From contig JBDUDR010000001.1 in NCBI GenBank assembly GCA_040002845.1, forward strand, positions 8,678 through 72,677: a stretch of DNA of 64,000 bases. Reading direction: 5' to 3'. The notes beneath the pieces were generated by a model. That model had not been told where the DNA came from. It worked only from the letters and a program-made list of their open reading frames with translations, and ran no database searches. Within the stretch, counting starts at the first letter, position 1; each line of letters starts with the position of its first letter. The stretch is from Nocardioidaceae bacterium (GTDB lineage Bacteria > Actinomycetota > Actinomycetes > Propionibacteriales > Nocardioidaceae). Shown here piece by piece: positions 30,208-39,505 of the stretch. The position numbers were made by a program, and so were the translations under genes.

Positions 30208-31767
30208 ATGGGAAACGCCATGGAAGCCGCTGGCGCGACGCTCGTGCGGAGACGCAGTGTGCTGCAGGCGGGTGCGACGACGGTGGTGGCGGCCGCGCTG
30301 GGGGCGACTGCCTGCAAGGCGGACGGTAGTCGAGCCCCCCGGCTGGCTTCAACGACCGCGGCGGGGGGTCCGTCCGGCGCTGACTGGCATGCACTCGCGG
30401 CGAGTCTGGACGGGGACCTCGTGCGTCCGGCCGACTCTGACTATGACGCTGCCCGCCGACTGTTCAACCCGAGGTTCGACGGCATCAGGCCGGCGGCTGT
30501 TGTCGAAGCGGCCAACCCCCATGACATCGCGGAGGCGATCCGGTTCGCCCGCAAGTTCGACCTGGTCGCGAGGCCACGCTCGGGTGGACATTCGTACGTC
30601 GGCGTTTCTACCGCGGCGAGCGGCATCGTCCTCGACGTCGGGCGCATGCGGGGTGTCGACTATGACGCCGGCAGTAAGTCCGCGGTGGTACGCGCCGGGT
30701 CCCGGTTGTTCGACGTACACGAAGCTCTGGAGGCGCACAACCGGTCCGTGCCCACCGGCACGTGTCCGACGGTGGGTGCCGCCGGACTCACCCTCGGCGG
30801 TGGCGTCGGAGTCGAGGGACGTGCCAACGGCCTGACCTGCGACGCGGTGCAGGCGCTGACACTCGTAACGGCGGCCGGCACGATTCTCCAGGTCGACGCT
30901 GACCACCATCCGGACCTGTTCTGGGCGCACCGCGGAGGTGGCGGTGGCAATTTCGGAGTGCTGACCTCGATGCGGATGCGCACGTTCGCGGCCCACCGGA
31001 TGGGCTTCTACTTCGTGTCATGGTCGCCTTCCCAGGCGGTGTCGGTCATTCGTGGCTGGCAGCGCCGGGTCTCCACGATGCCTCGCTCGGCGTGGGCCAA
31101 CGTCCATCTGGAAGCTGCCTCCGACGGTTCGGTGGCGATCCGGGTCGTTGGTGTCTCGCTGACCGGTGACGGCGGACCGGAGGCGCACGGGCTCATCAAC
31201 GCGGTGGGCCACCAGCCCACCAGCTTGTCGACCTTCTCCCGATCGCACGAGGACGGCATCAAGTTGCTGGCGGGGTGCTCCACGCGGAGCGACCAGCAGT
31301 GTCACCTGCCACCTCGCGGCAATCTGTCGCGGGAGGCCTTCGCGGCCGGCAGCGACGTGCTGGGCGGGCCGTTGACAACGCCACAGGCATCGCGCCTGGT
31401 CGCCGCGGTGCGTCTTCGAGCCGGCTCGGGAGGCAGTGTCGCGGTCATCCTCGATCCATTGGGCGGTGCTGTCGCGGACCTGGGCCCGGCAGCGACCGCG
31501 TTTCGCTGGCGAGACGCGCTGGCGACCGTGCAGTGGTACATCGGGCTGCCCGAGCACCCGACCGGCTCCCAGGTCAGGCAGGCCTACCACTGGATCAACC
31601 ATTCGGGTCACCCGGCGCTGCACGGCGCCTCCGTCGGTGCGTACGTCAACTACCTCGAGCCGGGGCGTTCGGTGGGCTCGTACTACGGGAGGAACCTGGC
31701 CCGGCTCCGCAAGGTCAAGGCCCGTTACGACCCGTCCGGGTTCTTCCGCTCGCGCTACACCGTGTGA
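30208..31767 (+). CDS. secreted FAD-binding oxidoreductase, berberine-bridge-enzyme-like (Tat signal, possible lipoprotein)
   Basis: ATG follows GGGGAGG. Twin-arginine motif RRRSVLQAG followed by ...LGATAC. PCMH FAD-binding motif RPRSGGHSYVG and C-terminal BBE-like YVNY...YYGRNLARLRKVKARYDPSGFF. Confidence 0.8.
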   Translation: MGNAMEAAGATLVRRRSVLQAGATTVVAAALGATACKADGSRAPRLASTTAAGGPSGADWHALAASLDGDLVRPADSDYDAARRLFNPRFDGIRPAAVVEAANPHDIAEAIRFARKFDLVARPRSGGHSYVGVSTAASGIVLDVGRMRGVDYDAGSKSAVVRAGSRLFDVHEALEAHNRSVPTGTCPTVGAAGLTLGGGVGVEGRANGLTCDAVQALTLVTAAGTILQVDADHHPDLFWAHRGGGGGNFGVLTSMRMRTFAAHRMGFYFVSWSPSQAVSVIRGWQRRVSTMPRSAWANVHLEAASDGSVAIRVVGVSLTGDGGPEAHGLINAVGHQPTSLSTFSRSHEDGIKLLAGCSTRSDQQCHLPPRGNLSREAFAAGSDVLGGPLTTPQASRLVAAVRLRAGSGGSVAVILDPLGGAVADLGPAATAFRWRDALATVQWYIGLPEHPTGSQVRQAYHWINHSGHPALHGASVGAYVNYLEPGRSVGSYYGRNLARLRKVKARYDPSGFFRSRYTV

Positions 31768-31796
31768 TCCGCGCCTAGCCCGTTGGTGTCCACAGG

Positions 31797-31822
31797 GCCG
31801 CCGTCGGCCGGCCGGCAGCGGC
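31797..31822 (+). terminator. imperfect GC-rich stem-loop downstream of the FAD oxidase gene (weak terminator candidate)
   Basis: GCCGCCGTCGG / CCGGCAGCGGC pair with one mismatch and one G-U, 30 nt after the stop. There is no U-tract. Confidence 0.3.
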
Positions 31823-31844
31823 CGGCGATCACTAGGCTCCTGGC

Positions 31845-32579
31845 GTGAGTGGACACCTGGCCGCTGCGGTCGTGGCATCTGTGGCGTTCGGGGCCGTGGC
31901 CGGTTCCGCAGTCCCGCGGGTGGTCCGAAGCCTCCCTGAGCCAAGTCCTGCCGCCGATGGCGTGGTCGCGGCGGCGCGAACCGGCGCCACGGTCTCCTAC
32001 CAGGAGCTGGGGGGCACACCCGGCCTGCGGTGGGGGTTCGCAGCCGCAGGCGCTCTCACGTGTGCCTGCGTAGCGTTCCGACTGGGCTCCTCCGCGGTGC
32101 TCCCTGCCTGGCTGTACGTCGCGCTCGTAGGGCTGTTGCTCGCCTGGGTCGACTCACGCACGTGCCTGCTGCCGACACGGATCATTGGTCCCTCCTACGT
32201 GGTGGTCACCGCGCTGCTTGTGCTGGCGTCGGCGGTCGACGACGACTGGGCCGCCCTGGGGCGAGCCGGCCTGGGCTGGGGCCTGGGCGGCGGAACCTTC
32301 TTTCTGATGTGGTTCATCTATCCCAAGGGTCTGGGGTACGGCGACGTGCGCCTGGCCGGCCTGCTGTCGATGGCGCTGGCCTGGGTTGGCTGGGCCGAGT
32401 TCGCGGTCGGGATATACGCGGGCTTCCTCCTCGGTGGGGTGGTCGGAGGCGCGCTCGTGCTGGCCCGGGTCGTGGACCGCCGGCGCTACCCGTTCGGACC
32501 GTTCATGGTGCTCGGCGCGCTGCTCGGCCTGGCATTCGGCCAGGCGCTTGCCGACTGGTACGCCAACCTGGGCGGCTGA
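31845..32579 (+). CDS. prepilin peptidase (A24 family)
   Basis: Polytopic membrane protein with catalytic-Asp motifs GLGYGDVRLAGLL and FGPFMVLGAL. It sits upstream of aroC as in many actinobacteria. Confidence 0.8.
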   Translation: MSGHLAAAVVASVAFGAVAGSAVPRVVRSLPEPSPAADGVVAAARTGATVSYQELGGTPGLRWGFAAAGALTCACVAFRLGSSAVLPAWLYVALVGLLLAWVDSRTCLLPTRIIGPSYVVVTALLVLASAVDDDWAALGRAGLGWGLGGGTFFLMWFIYPKGLGYGDVRLAGLLSMALAWVGWAEFAVGIYAGFLLGGVVGGALVLARVVDRRRYPFGPFMVLGALLGLAFGQALADWYANLGG

Positions 32580-32651
32580 GTGTCATGTGCGCGGATCCGC
32601 TCGCGCAGATCGGGCGGAGCACCGGCTGGTCGACATGGGAGACTTTGCACC

Positions 32652-33830
32652 ATGCTGCGCTGGCTCACCGCAGGCGAATCCCACGGCCAAGCCCTCATCG
32701 CCGTACTCGAGGGGCTGCCCGCCGACGTCGCCATCACCTCCGCACGGATGGCCGAGGTGTTGGCCCGGCGGCGACTGGGATACGGCCGCGGTGCCCGGAT
32801 GTCGTTCGAGCAAGACGAGGTTGCGTTCCTTTCGGGGGTTCGGCACGGTCGTACGCTGGGCAGCCCGATCACCGTCCGGGTGGGCAACACCGAGTGGCCG
32901 AAGTGGGAGCACGTCATGTCGGCCGATCCGGTGGACCAGGAGGTGCTCGAGGGGCTGGCCCGAAATGCAGCACTGACCAGGCCACGCCCCGGACATGCCG
33001 ACCTGGTCGGGATGCAGAAGTACGATTTCACCGACGCGCGACCGGTGCTGGAGCGCGCCAGCGCCCGAGAGACGGCTGCCAGAGTTGCGTTGGGAGCGGT
33101 CGCCGCCGCGTTCCTGCATCAGGCTTACGGCATAACCTTGGTCTCGCATGTGGTGTCGATCGGCACCGTGGAGGCGCCGGTCGGGTCAACCCCGTCGACC
33201 GGCGACGTGGCCTACCTCGACGGCGACCCCGTACGGTGTCTGGATCCAGATGCCAGCAAGTCGATGGTCAGCGAGATCGATACGGCTCGCAAGGACGGTG
33301 ACACGCTGGGGGGCGTGGTCGAGGTGGTGGTGCATGCGCTCCCTCCCGGCCTGGGCAGTCACGTCCACTGGGATCGACGGCTCGACTCGCGGCTGGCAGG
33401 GGCGCTGATGGGCATCCAGGCGATCAAGGGCGTCGAGGTCGGTGCCGGCTTCGAGTTGGCGCGCACCCGCGGGTCGGTGGCGCACGACGAGATCGTGAAC
33501 ACCGCCGAGGGCATCAGGCGCACCTCGGGCCGGTCAGGTGGGACCGAGGGGGGAATGTCCACCGGTGAGCCTCTTCGGGTGCGGGCCGCCATGAAGCCGA
33601 TCTCCACTGTCCCGCGGGCCCTGCGTACCGTCGACGTGGCCACCGGTTCGGATGCGGTGGCGCACCATCAGCGATCCGACGTCTGCGCTGTCCCGGCTGC
33701 TGCCGTGGTCGCCGAGGCGATGGTCGGGCTGGTCCTCGCCGACGCCGCGCTGGAGAAGTTCGGGGGCGACTCGGTGGGCGAGACGCGTCGCAACCATGCC
33801 GGCTACCTCGCGGCCCTGAGGTACCGGTGA
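32652..33830 (+). CDS. aroC: chorismate synthase
   Basis: ORF 32580..33830. ATG 32652 gives the canonical [15 protein letters not shown]. Confidence 0.95.
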   Translation: MLRWLTAGESHGQALIAVLEGLPADVAITSARMAEVLARRRLGYGRGARMSFEQDEVAFLSGVRHGRTLGSPITVRVGNTEWPKWEHVMSADPVDQEVLEGLARNAALTRPRPGHADLVGMQKYDFTDARPVLERASARETAARVALGAVAAAFLHQAYGITLVSHVVSIGTVEAPVGSTPSTGDVAYLDGDPVRCLDPDASKSMVSEIDTARKDGDTLGGVVEVVVHALPPGLGSHVHWDRRLDSRLAGALMGIQAIKGVEVGAGFELARTRGSVAHDEIVNTAEGIRRTSGRSGGTEGGMSTGEPLRVRAAMKPISTVPRALRTVDVATGSDAVAHHQRSDVCAVPAAAVVAEAMVGLVLADAALEKFGGDSVGETRRNHAGYLAALRYR

Positions 33831-34330
33831 GCCCGGTGGTCGTCTTGGTAGGCCCACCAGGTTCCGGCAAGACCACGGTCGGGGGGTTGCTCGCGCACCG
33901 CCTGGGCGTGGACTTTCGTGACACCGACGCCGACATCGAGGCGCTCGAGGGAAAACAGATCGCGGAGATCTTCGTCGACGACGGGGAGGAGCGCTTCCGG
34001 AAGCTCGAACGTGATGCGGTTGCGGCTGCGCTTCGCGAGCACGACGGTGTTCTCGCCGTGGGTGGCGGCGCGGTGACGTCAGACGAGACCCGCGGTCTGC
34101 TGACCTCGGCGCAGGTTGTGTTCCTTGACGTAGGGCTGGCGCACGCTTCGTCGCGGGTTGGGCTCGGCACGTCTCGTCCCTTGCTCTTGGGCAACGTCCG
34201 GGCCCAGCTCAAGCGGCTTCTCGACGAGCGGCGGCCGCTCTACGCCGAGATCGCCGACAGCGTCGTCGGCACCGATGGTCTGGATCCGGCTCAAGTCACC
34301 GAGCTCGTAGCAGCCAGGGTCAGCGCGTGA
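33827..34330 (+). CDS. aroK: shikimate kinase
   Basis: GTG overlaps the aroC stop. Walker [12 protein letters not shown] is present. Confidence 0.9.
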   Translation: MSPVVVLVGPPGSGKTTVGGLLAHRLGVDFRDTDADIEALEGKQIAEIFVDDGEERFRKLERDAVAAALREHDGVLAVGGGAVTSDETRGLLTSAQVVFLDVGLAHASSRVGLGTSRPLLLGNVRAQLKRLLDERRPLYAEIADSVVGTDGLDPAQVTELVAARVSA

Positions 34331-35424
34331 ACGGCGAGGCGACGCGAATCCGGGTGCGTACGGCCAACCCGTACGACGTCATCGTTGGAACCGGATTGCT
34401 CGAGACGCTTCCTGGGCTGCTCGGTGATGGCGTCAAGAGGGTGGCCGTCATCCGGCCCCCGGCGCTGGCGACGACAGGTGAGAGGGTCCGGGCGGAGCTC
34501 GCGAGATGTGGGTACGCACCCACCCTGGTGGAGATCCCGGACTCGGAACAGGCCAAGACCACCCGCGTGGCCGAACGATGCTGGGCGGAGCTCGGATCGG
34601 CCGGGTTCACCCGCACCGATGCAGTGGTCGGTGTCGGCGGGGGAGCTGCCACCGACGTGGCCGGCTTCGTCGCAGGCACCTGGGTCCGCGGCATCAAGGT
34701 CGTCCACGTTCCGACCACTCTGCTCGCGATGGTCGACGCCGCCGTCGGGGGGAAGACCGGTGTGAACACCCCGCAGGGAAAGAATCTGGTTGGCGTGTTC
34801 CACGAACCGGCGGGGGTTCTCTGCGACCTGACGGCTCTTCAGACCTTGCCGGCCGATGAGCTCACCAACGGCCTGGCCGAGGTGATCAAGTGCGGGTTCA
34901 TTGCCGACCCGGACATCCTGCGCCTGGTCGAGCGTGACCCTGGCGAAGCTATTCGCGACGGCGACGTGCTGCGGGAGCTGGTCGAGCGGGCGATCACCGT
35001 CAAGGCGGGCGTGGTCGCGGGCGACCTGCGCGAAACGATCTCGTCCGGCGCCGAGGTGGGGCGAGCGGCGCTCAACTATGGTCACACGCTCGCGCACGCC
35101 ATAGAGCGCACCGAGGCCTATCGCTTCCGGCACGGCGCCGCGGTGGCCATCGGCATGGTGTACGCGGCAGAGCTCGCCAGACTTGCGGGATGTCTCGACG
35201 ACGCCACGGCGCAGCGCCACCGGGTCCTGCTGGCCTCCGTGGGGTTGCCGACCAGCTATTCACGGATGACCTGGGCGGAGCTGCTCGATGCGATGAAGCT
35301 GGACAAGAAGACCCATGGAGATCGACTGCGGCTCGTCATCTTGAAGGCGGTCGGTCAGCCGGTGATCCTGGAGGCGCCTGACCGGGCCCTGCTTTCCGCG
35401 GCGTACGCGGCGATCGCGAGATAA
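34327..35424 (+). CDS. aroB: 3-dehydroquinate synthase
   Basis: GTG overlaps the aroK stop. GGGAATDVAGFVA and LNYGHTLAHAIE motifs are present. Confidence 0.9.
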   Translation: MNGEATRIRVRTANPYDVIVGTGLLETLPGLLGDGVKRVAVIRPPALATTGERVRAELARCGYAPTLVEIPDSEQAKTTRVAERCWAELGSAGFTRTDAVVGVGGGAATDVAGFVAGTWVRGIKVVHVPTTLLAMVDAAVGGKTGVNTPQGKNLVGVFHEPAGVLCDLTALQTLPADELTNGLAEVIKCGFIADPDILRLVERDPGEAIRDGDVLRELVERAITVKAGVVAGDLRETISSGAEVGRAALNYGHTLAHAIERTEAYRFRHGAAVAIGMVYAAELARLAGCLDDATAQRHRVLLASVGLPTSYSRMTWAELLDAMKLDKKTHGDRLRLVILKAVGQPVILEAPDRALLSAAYAAIAR

Positions 35425-35433
35425 GGTCCAGCC

Positions 35434-35922
35434 GTGCTCGTACTCGTCCTGAACGGTCCCAACCTCGGCCGTCTCGGTGCCCGCGAACCGGAGGTCTACG
35501 GCACTACAACGTACGACGAGCTGGCCGACGTGCTCAGGCTGACCGGCCAGGCGCTCGGAATGAAGGTGGAGGTCCGGCAGACCGACGACGAGTCGGAGCT
35601 GGTGGGCTGGCTCCATGAAGCCGCCGACGCGGCCACCCCGGTCGTGCTCAACCCGGCGGCGTTCACCCACTACTCGTACGCCCTGCGCGACGCCTGCGCT
35701 CAGCTGACGGCGCCGCTGATCGAGGTGCACCTGACGAACCCCGCGGCGAGAGAGACGTTCAGGCACACGAGCGTGGTCAGCGGGGTAGCCACCGGAACGA
35801 TCGCGGGATTCGGCGTGGAGTCGTACCGGTTGGCTCTGGAGGCCGTGAGCCGGGTTGTCTCCGCGCGATCCGACACTTATTCGGCGCGATCCGACACTTA
35901 TTCCCCGCCATCCGACACTTAG
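35434..35922 (+). CDS. aroQ: type II 3-dehydroquinate dehydratase with a repeat-encoded C-terminal tail
   Basis: [20 protein letters not shown] and IEVHLTNP motifs. The last 20 codons ([20 protein letters not shown]) are encoded by the 21-bp repeat array. Confidence 0.9.
   Translation: MLVLVLNGPNLGRLGAREPEVYGTTTYDELADVLRLTGQALGMKVEVRQTDDESELVGWLHEAADAATPVVLNPAAFTHYSYALRDACAQLTAPLIEVHLTNPAARETFRHTSVVSGVATGTIAGFGVESYRLALEAVSRVVSARSDTYSARSDTYSPPSDT
35861..35922 (+). repeat. array of three 21-bp tandem units overlapping the 3' end of aroQ
   Basis: CCGCGCGATCCGACACTTATTC / GGCGCGATCCGACACTTATTC / CCCGCCATCCGACACTTAG read directly. Confidence 0.95.
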
Positions 35923-35933
35923 ACCGCCAGCCC

Positions 35934-36458
35934 TCATCGGCCGACTAGAGATCGTGCGGTCTTCTGGGCGTCGAGAATGCCAATCCTGAGCTCGTCGCAG
36001 AGCAGGCGTACCGCCGAGACTTCCTGGCGCTTGTTCATCAACGTGACTACCCTCGCCGCCAGCTCTGGCGGCACTTGGGCGATCTTGGGACTCAGCATGT
36101 CCAGCGGGCTGGGCGGCTCGAGCGGCTCGCCAGCCGACACTGCTTCAACCTCGACGGGCGCGGCGCTTGTCGGCCGAGGCGCTTGAGGCGCCGGCGCGGG
36201 CGGCGGCTGGGCTTGTGCCCGGGTCCGCCCCTGGGCTGCTGCGCCGGATCGCCTGGTGGGTTGCGGAGGGGCAGGCGCCGGGGGGCTCTCGATCACCCTG
36301 CGGCCGCCCTCAGGGGTGTCGACCACGATGAGACGACGACCCTTGGGTCCGCTGAGGACGCGAGGCACGGGGTGGCCAGGCCGCGAGCGGCTCCGCGCGT
36401 TGAGCCGCGTCGCGATCATGATCACGGCAATGACGGCGCACAGGAGCAGGAATCCCAC
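35934..36458 (-). CDS. hypothetical membrane-anchored protein with Pro/Ala-rich linker
   Basis: N-terminal TM helix (FLLLCAVIAVIMIA), PAPAP-rich linker and a ~45-aa helical C-terminal region tentatively resembling an L7/L12-CTD-like fold. Position and orientation between aroQ and pepQ match a conserved actinobacterial membrane protein. Confidence 0.55.
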   Translation of the reverse strand: MGFLLLCAVIAVIMIATRLNARSRSRPGHPVPRVLSGPKGRRLIVVDTPEGGRRVIESPPAPAPPQPTRRSGAAAQGRTRAQAQPPPAPAPQAPRPTSAAPVEVEAVSAGEPLEPPSPLDMLSPKIAQVPPELAARVVTLMNKRQEVSAVRLLCDELRIGILDAQKTARSLVGR

Positions 36459-36531
36459 CCCGTCACTCTAGCCGTGGAACCCCCACCTAGTCGGTTTGCC
36501 TCGGCGCGCGGCAGTGGCGAGGATTGTGGGC

Positions 36532-37617
36532 ATGCCTACCCTTGAGCGGTCTCGGCGCGATGCGCTCCGTCAGGTCCTGGTCGACCGCGAGCTGTCGGCC
36601 GTTTTGATCAGCAACCTGGTCAACATCCGCTACCTGTCCGGGTTCACTGGCTCCAACGGCGCCCTGCTGGTCGGCGTGGACGGCGAGGACCAGCTTGTGA
36701 CGGATGGCCGCTACACCGATCAGGTGGCCGCCCAGGCCCCGGACGTGTCGGCAATGATCACCACCGATCCCGCGGTCGACGCGCTGGCGAGTCTGGCGGC
36801 AGAACGCTCGTTGCAGACGCTGGCCCTGGAGACCCATGATCTGACGGCCGATGCTCGCGACAAAATCACGGCTGCCGTTCAGGGCACCATGACGGTCAGC
36901 CTCGGCCGGGCGGTCGAAGAGCTCCGCGTGGTCAAGGACGAGTCAGAGATCGAGGCCCTTCGCTCGGCCTGCCAGATCTCCGTGCAGGCGCTCGAGGAAC
37001 TGCAACAGGGCAAGTTCGTAGGGCGTACAGAACAGCAGATTGCTCGCGACCTGGAGTGGCGGATGTTCGCGCTGGGCGCCGAGGCGCTGGCATTCGAGAC
37101 GATTGTGGCGGCGGGTCCAAACTCGGCAATCCCACACCATGAACCCACTGGTCGTGAGATCGGCACTGGGGACCTGCTCAAGATCGACTTCGGGGCGAGG
37201 TTCGCGGGCTATCACGCCGACTGCACTCGCACCATGATGATCCACGACCAGCCGGCCGACTGGCAACGGGAGATCTACGAGCTGGTGGCGTCTGCCCAGC
37301 AGGCCGGACGGCACGCGCTGGCGCCGGGCGCCGAGCGCATCGAGGTTGACCGCGCGGCTCGCAGCGTCATCGATGCCGCTGGGTTTGGCGACTACTTCGT
37401 ACACGGGCTCGGACACGGCGTCGGGCTCCAGATCCACGAGGACCCGTACTTCAGCCCTCGGTCAACGGGTAAACTGCTCAGTCGCACTCCGGTGACGGTC
37501 GAACCGGGCGTCTATCTGCCCGATCGAGGGGGTGTGCGCATCGAGGACACCCTTGTCGTCGCCGACTCGCCGGAGTTGCTCACAACCACTACTCGGGAAC
37601 TCCTCGTCGTCGGCTGA
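36532..37617 (+). CDS. pepQ: M24 family Xaa-Pro peptidase (aminopeptidase P/PepQ-like)
   Basis: ORF 36496..37617; ATG 36532 preferred. Metal-binding motif [15 protein letters not shown] and VEPGVY...GGVRIED are present. Confidence 0.85.
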   Translation: MPTLERSRRDALRQVLVDRELSAVLISNLVNIRYLSGFTGSNGALLVGVDGEDQLVTDGRYTDQVAAQAPDVSAMITTDPAVDALASLAAERSLQTLALETHDLTADARDKITAAVQGTMTVSLGRAVEELRVVKDESEIEALRSACQISVQALEELQQGKFVGRTEQQIARDLEWRMFALGAEALAFETIVAAGPNSAIPHHEPTGREIGTGDLLKIDFGARFAGYHADCTRTMMIHDQPADWQREIYELVASAQQAGRHALAPGAERIEVDRAARSVIDAAGFGDYFVHGLGHGVGLQIHEDPYFSPRSTGKLLSRTPVTVEPGVYLPDRGGVRIEDTLVVADSPELLTTTTRELLVVG

Positions 37618-37657
37618 GCTCGGCGAGGCCACATACCAAGAGACGGATCGCGAACGC

Positions 37658-38221
37658 ATGGCAACGACCAATGAGCTGAAGAACGGGATGGTGCTCAACC
37701 TCGACGGCCAGCTGTGGTCAGTCGTGTGGTTCCAGCACCACAAGCCGGGCAAGGGTGGCGCCGTCGTGCGTACCAAGCTGAAGAACGTGCTCTCGGGCAA
37801 GACGGTTGACAAGACTTTCAACGCAGACGTGAAGGTAGATACCGCCAACGTCGACAAGCGCTCGATGACCTACCTGTACAACGACGGGTCGTCCTATGTA
37901 TTCATGGACACCGAGACCTATGACCAGGTCCACGTGCAAGAGGACGTCATCGCAGAAGCTGCTCCCTTCATGCTCGAGAGCCAGCAAGTCATCGTCGCCG
38001 TCCACGAAGGTACGCCGCTGTACATCGAGCTGCCTGCGTCGGTGGAGATGACGGTCGAGTACACCGAACCCGGGCTGCAGGGGGACCGCTCGACCGGGGG
38101 CACCAAGCCTGCCAGGTTGGAGACGGGGTACGAGATCTCCGTACCACTGTTCATCGTGACCGGGGAACGGATCAAAGTGGACACCCGGGATGGCAGCTAC
38201 CTTGGTCGCGTGTCTGCCTGA
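37658..38221 (+). CDS. efp: elongation factor P
   Basis: ORF 37532..38221 is 5'-extended. ATG 37658 gives [28 protein letters not shown] is present. Confidence 0.95.
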   Translation: MATTNELKNGMVLNLDGQLWSVVWFQHHKPGKGGAVVRTKLKNVLSGKTVDKTFNADVKVDTANVDKRSMTYLYNDGSSYVFMDTETYDQVHVQEDVIAEAAPFMLESQQVIVAVHEGTPLYIELPASVEMTVEYTEPGLQGDRSTGGTKPARLETGYEISVPLFIVTGERIKVDTRDGSYLGRVSA

Positions 38222-38640
38222 TGGCAGCGCGATCCAGGGCCCGCAAGCGAGCGCTGGACATCTTGTTCGAGAGCGAGCTGCGAAGCATGCCTGCGGGTGG
38301 TTCGTTGGCCGATCGGCTGACGGATCCTGCCCAGCAGCTGAATCCCTACACCATCACCCTGGTCGAGGGGGTCGGGGAGCATCGCGAACGCCTGGACGAC
38401 CTGGTCAGCGAGTACTCCCTAGGCTGGGCCCTGGAGCGAATGCCGGTGGTGGATCGCAACCTGCTTCGCATCGGGTTGTTCGAGATGCTCTACTGCGACG
38501 AGGTGCCGGACGCCGTGGCAATCTCCGAAGCCGTGAAGCTGGCTCGTGAGCTGTCCACCGACGAGTCTCCAGCCTTCGTCAACGGAATCCTGGGTCGAAT
38601 CGCCGAGCTGAAGCCGACCCTGCTCTCGCCAGACGATTGA
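38221..38640 (+). CDS. nusB: transcription antitermination factor NusB
   Basis: ATG 38221 overlaps the efp TGA. ARKRALDILFESE and VAISEAVKLAREL motifs are present. Confidence 0.9.
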   Translation: MAARSRARKRALDILFESELRSMPAGGSLADRLTDPAQQLNPYTITLVEGVGEHRERLDDLVSEYSLGWALERMPVVDRNLLRIGLFEMLYCDEVPDAVAISEAVKLARELSTDESPAFVNGILGRIAELKPTLLSPDD

Positions 38641-38668
38641 CCTAGCCTCCCCGACCTCCCGCGCAAAA

Positions 38669-38753
38669 GGGAACACGTGTCGGATCGCGCGAAATAAGTG
38701 TCGGATGGCGGCGAATAAGTGTCGGATCGCGCGGAATAAGTGTCGGATCGTGG
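38669..38753 (-). repeat. array of four 21-bp tandem units (reverse orientation on + strand), within 8 nt of the stop of - strand bldD
   Basis: GGGAACACGTGTCGGATCGCGC / GAAATAAGTGTCGGATGGCGGC / GAATAAGTGTCGGATCGCGCG / GAATAAGTGTCGGATCGTGG read directly. Confidence 0.95.
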
Positions 38754-38758
38754 AGGGG

Positions 38759-39256
38759 TTACTCCTCTTCGCCGGACCGACGGTCGTTGCTGTTGAGTAC
38801 GCCCCAGGCGACGAAGCGCTGGGCCAGCAGGCTGGGTGGCTCGTCGAAGATGACAGCGAGTGTCCGCATGTCGTCCTGCCGGATGGACAGCACCCGGCCG
38901 TTGTAGTCACCGCGTTGGGCCTGGATGGTGGCGGCATACCGGGCCAGCGGGGCCACCTCGGGGGCGTCGAGCGACTGGAGTCGCTCGAGGTCAAGCACCA
39001 GCCGTGGCGGCGGCTCCGCCGTCGCGCCGAACTGCACGCGGCCGGGCAGCAGCTCATGGACGGGGACGCCGTAGAACTCGGCCAGCTCGGACAGCCGCTG
39101 CACCGTGACGGCGCGGTCGCCGCGCTCGTATGACCCGACCACGACCGCCTTCCAGCGACCGTCGGATTTCTCCTCGACTCCATGCAGCGACAGGTTCTGC
39201 TGCTGCCGGATGGATCGAAGCCGGGCGCCAAGGGCCCGAGCGTACTCGTTGCTCAT
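38759..39256 (-). CDS. bldD: BldD-family XRE-type developmental transcriptional regulator
   Basis: ORF 38759..39352; the ATG ending at 39256 gives MSNEYARALGARLRSIRQQQNLSLHGVEEKSDGRWKAVVVGSYERGDRAVTV. By recall this is near-identical in pattern to Streptomyces BldD. The C-terminal RGD-x8-RQDD motif is retained. Confidence 0.85.
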   Translation of the reverse strand: MSNEYARALGARLRSIRQQQNLSLHGVEEKSDGRWKAVVVGSYERGDRAVTVQRLSELAEFYGVPVHELLPGRVQFGATAEPPPRLVLDLERLQSLDAPEVAPLARYAATIQAQRGDYNGRVLSIRQDDMRTLAVIFDEPPSLLAQRFVAWGVLNSNDRRSGEEE

Positions 39257-39460
39257 GGTGACGTCCTTCCGGCCGGGATGGGGCTTTGCAGGCTCATTCA
39301 CGGCGTTTCGACTACGGAGAGTGATCGTATCTCTGACAGGGCTCCGGGTCAAGCGGTACCTGTCGATTCGGGGAGTGTCGTGGTCGCCCCGATCGCGGAA
39401 ACGCCGAGGTCAGGTGCCGAAAGAACGCACGCGGGCTGGTACTGTCATCGGTGACCGACA

Positions 39461-39497
39461 TCCTTTAACGACCCGTCCGGTGAGGCGGGGAAGGAGG
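39461..39497 (+). promoter_or_regulatory. PyrR-binding RNA hairpin overlapping the pyrR RBS
   Basis: UCCUUUAACGACCCGUCCGGUGAGGCGGGGAAGGAGG. It has the conserved UCCUUUAA 5' part and a CCCG/CGGG stem, and the GUCCGGUGAGGC loop resembles the UCCAGAGAGG PyrR loop. The 3' arm is the AAGGAGG RBS, 8 nt before ATG 39506. Confidence 0.6.
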
Positions 39498-39505
39498 TCC
39501 GGCAG

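Noticed and set aside
35861-38753. Inverted arrays at 35861-35922 (3 units) and 38669-38753 (4 units) as Tn7-like transposon ends around the cargo 35934-38640.
   Set aside because: The enclosed genes (membrane protein, pepQ, efp, nusB) are core genes in the same order and orientation as in other actinobacteria (aroQ-pepQ-efp-nusB synteny). No transposase is present. Each array is better explained as a 3' element of aroQ and of bldD respectively.
39257-39460. A BldD autoregulatory box (TNAC-N5-GTNA) in the bldD-pyrR intergenic region.
   Set aside because: A manual scan found no exact match. The closest is TAAC-GACCC-GTCC at ~39466, which lies inside the PyrR hairpin. I cannot support a call.
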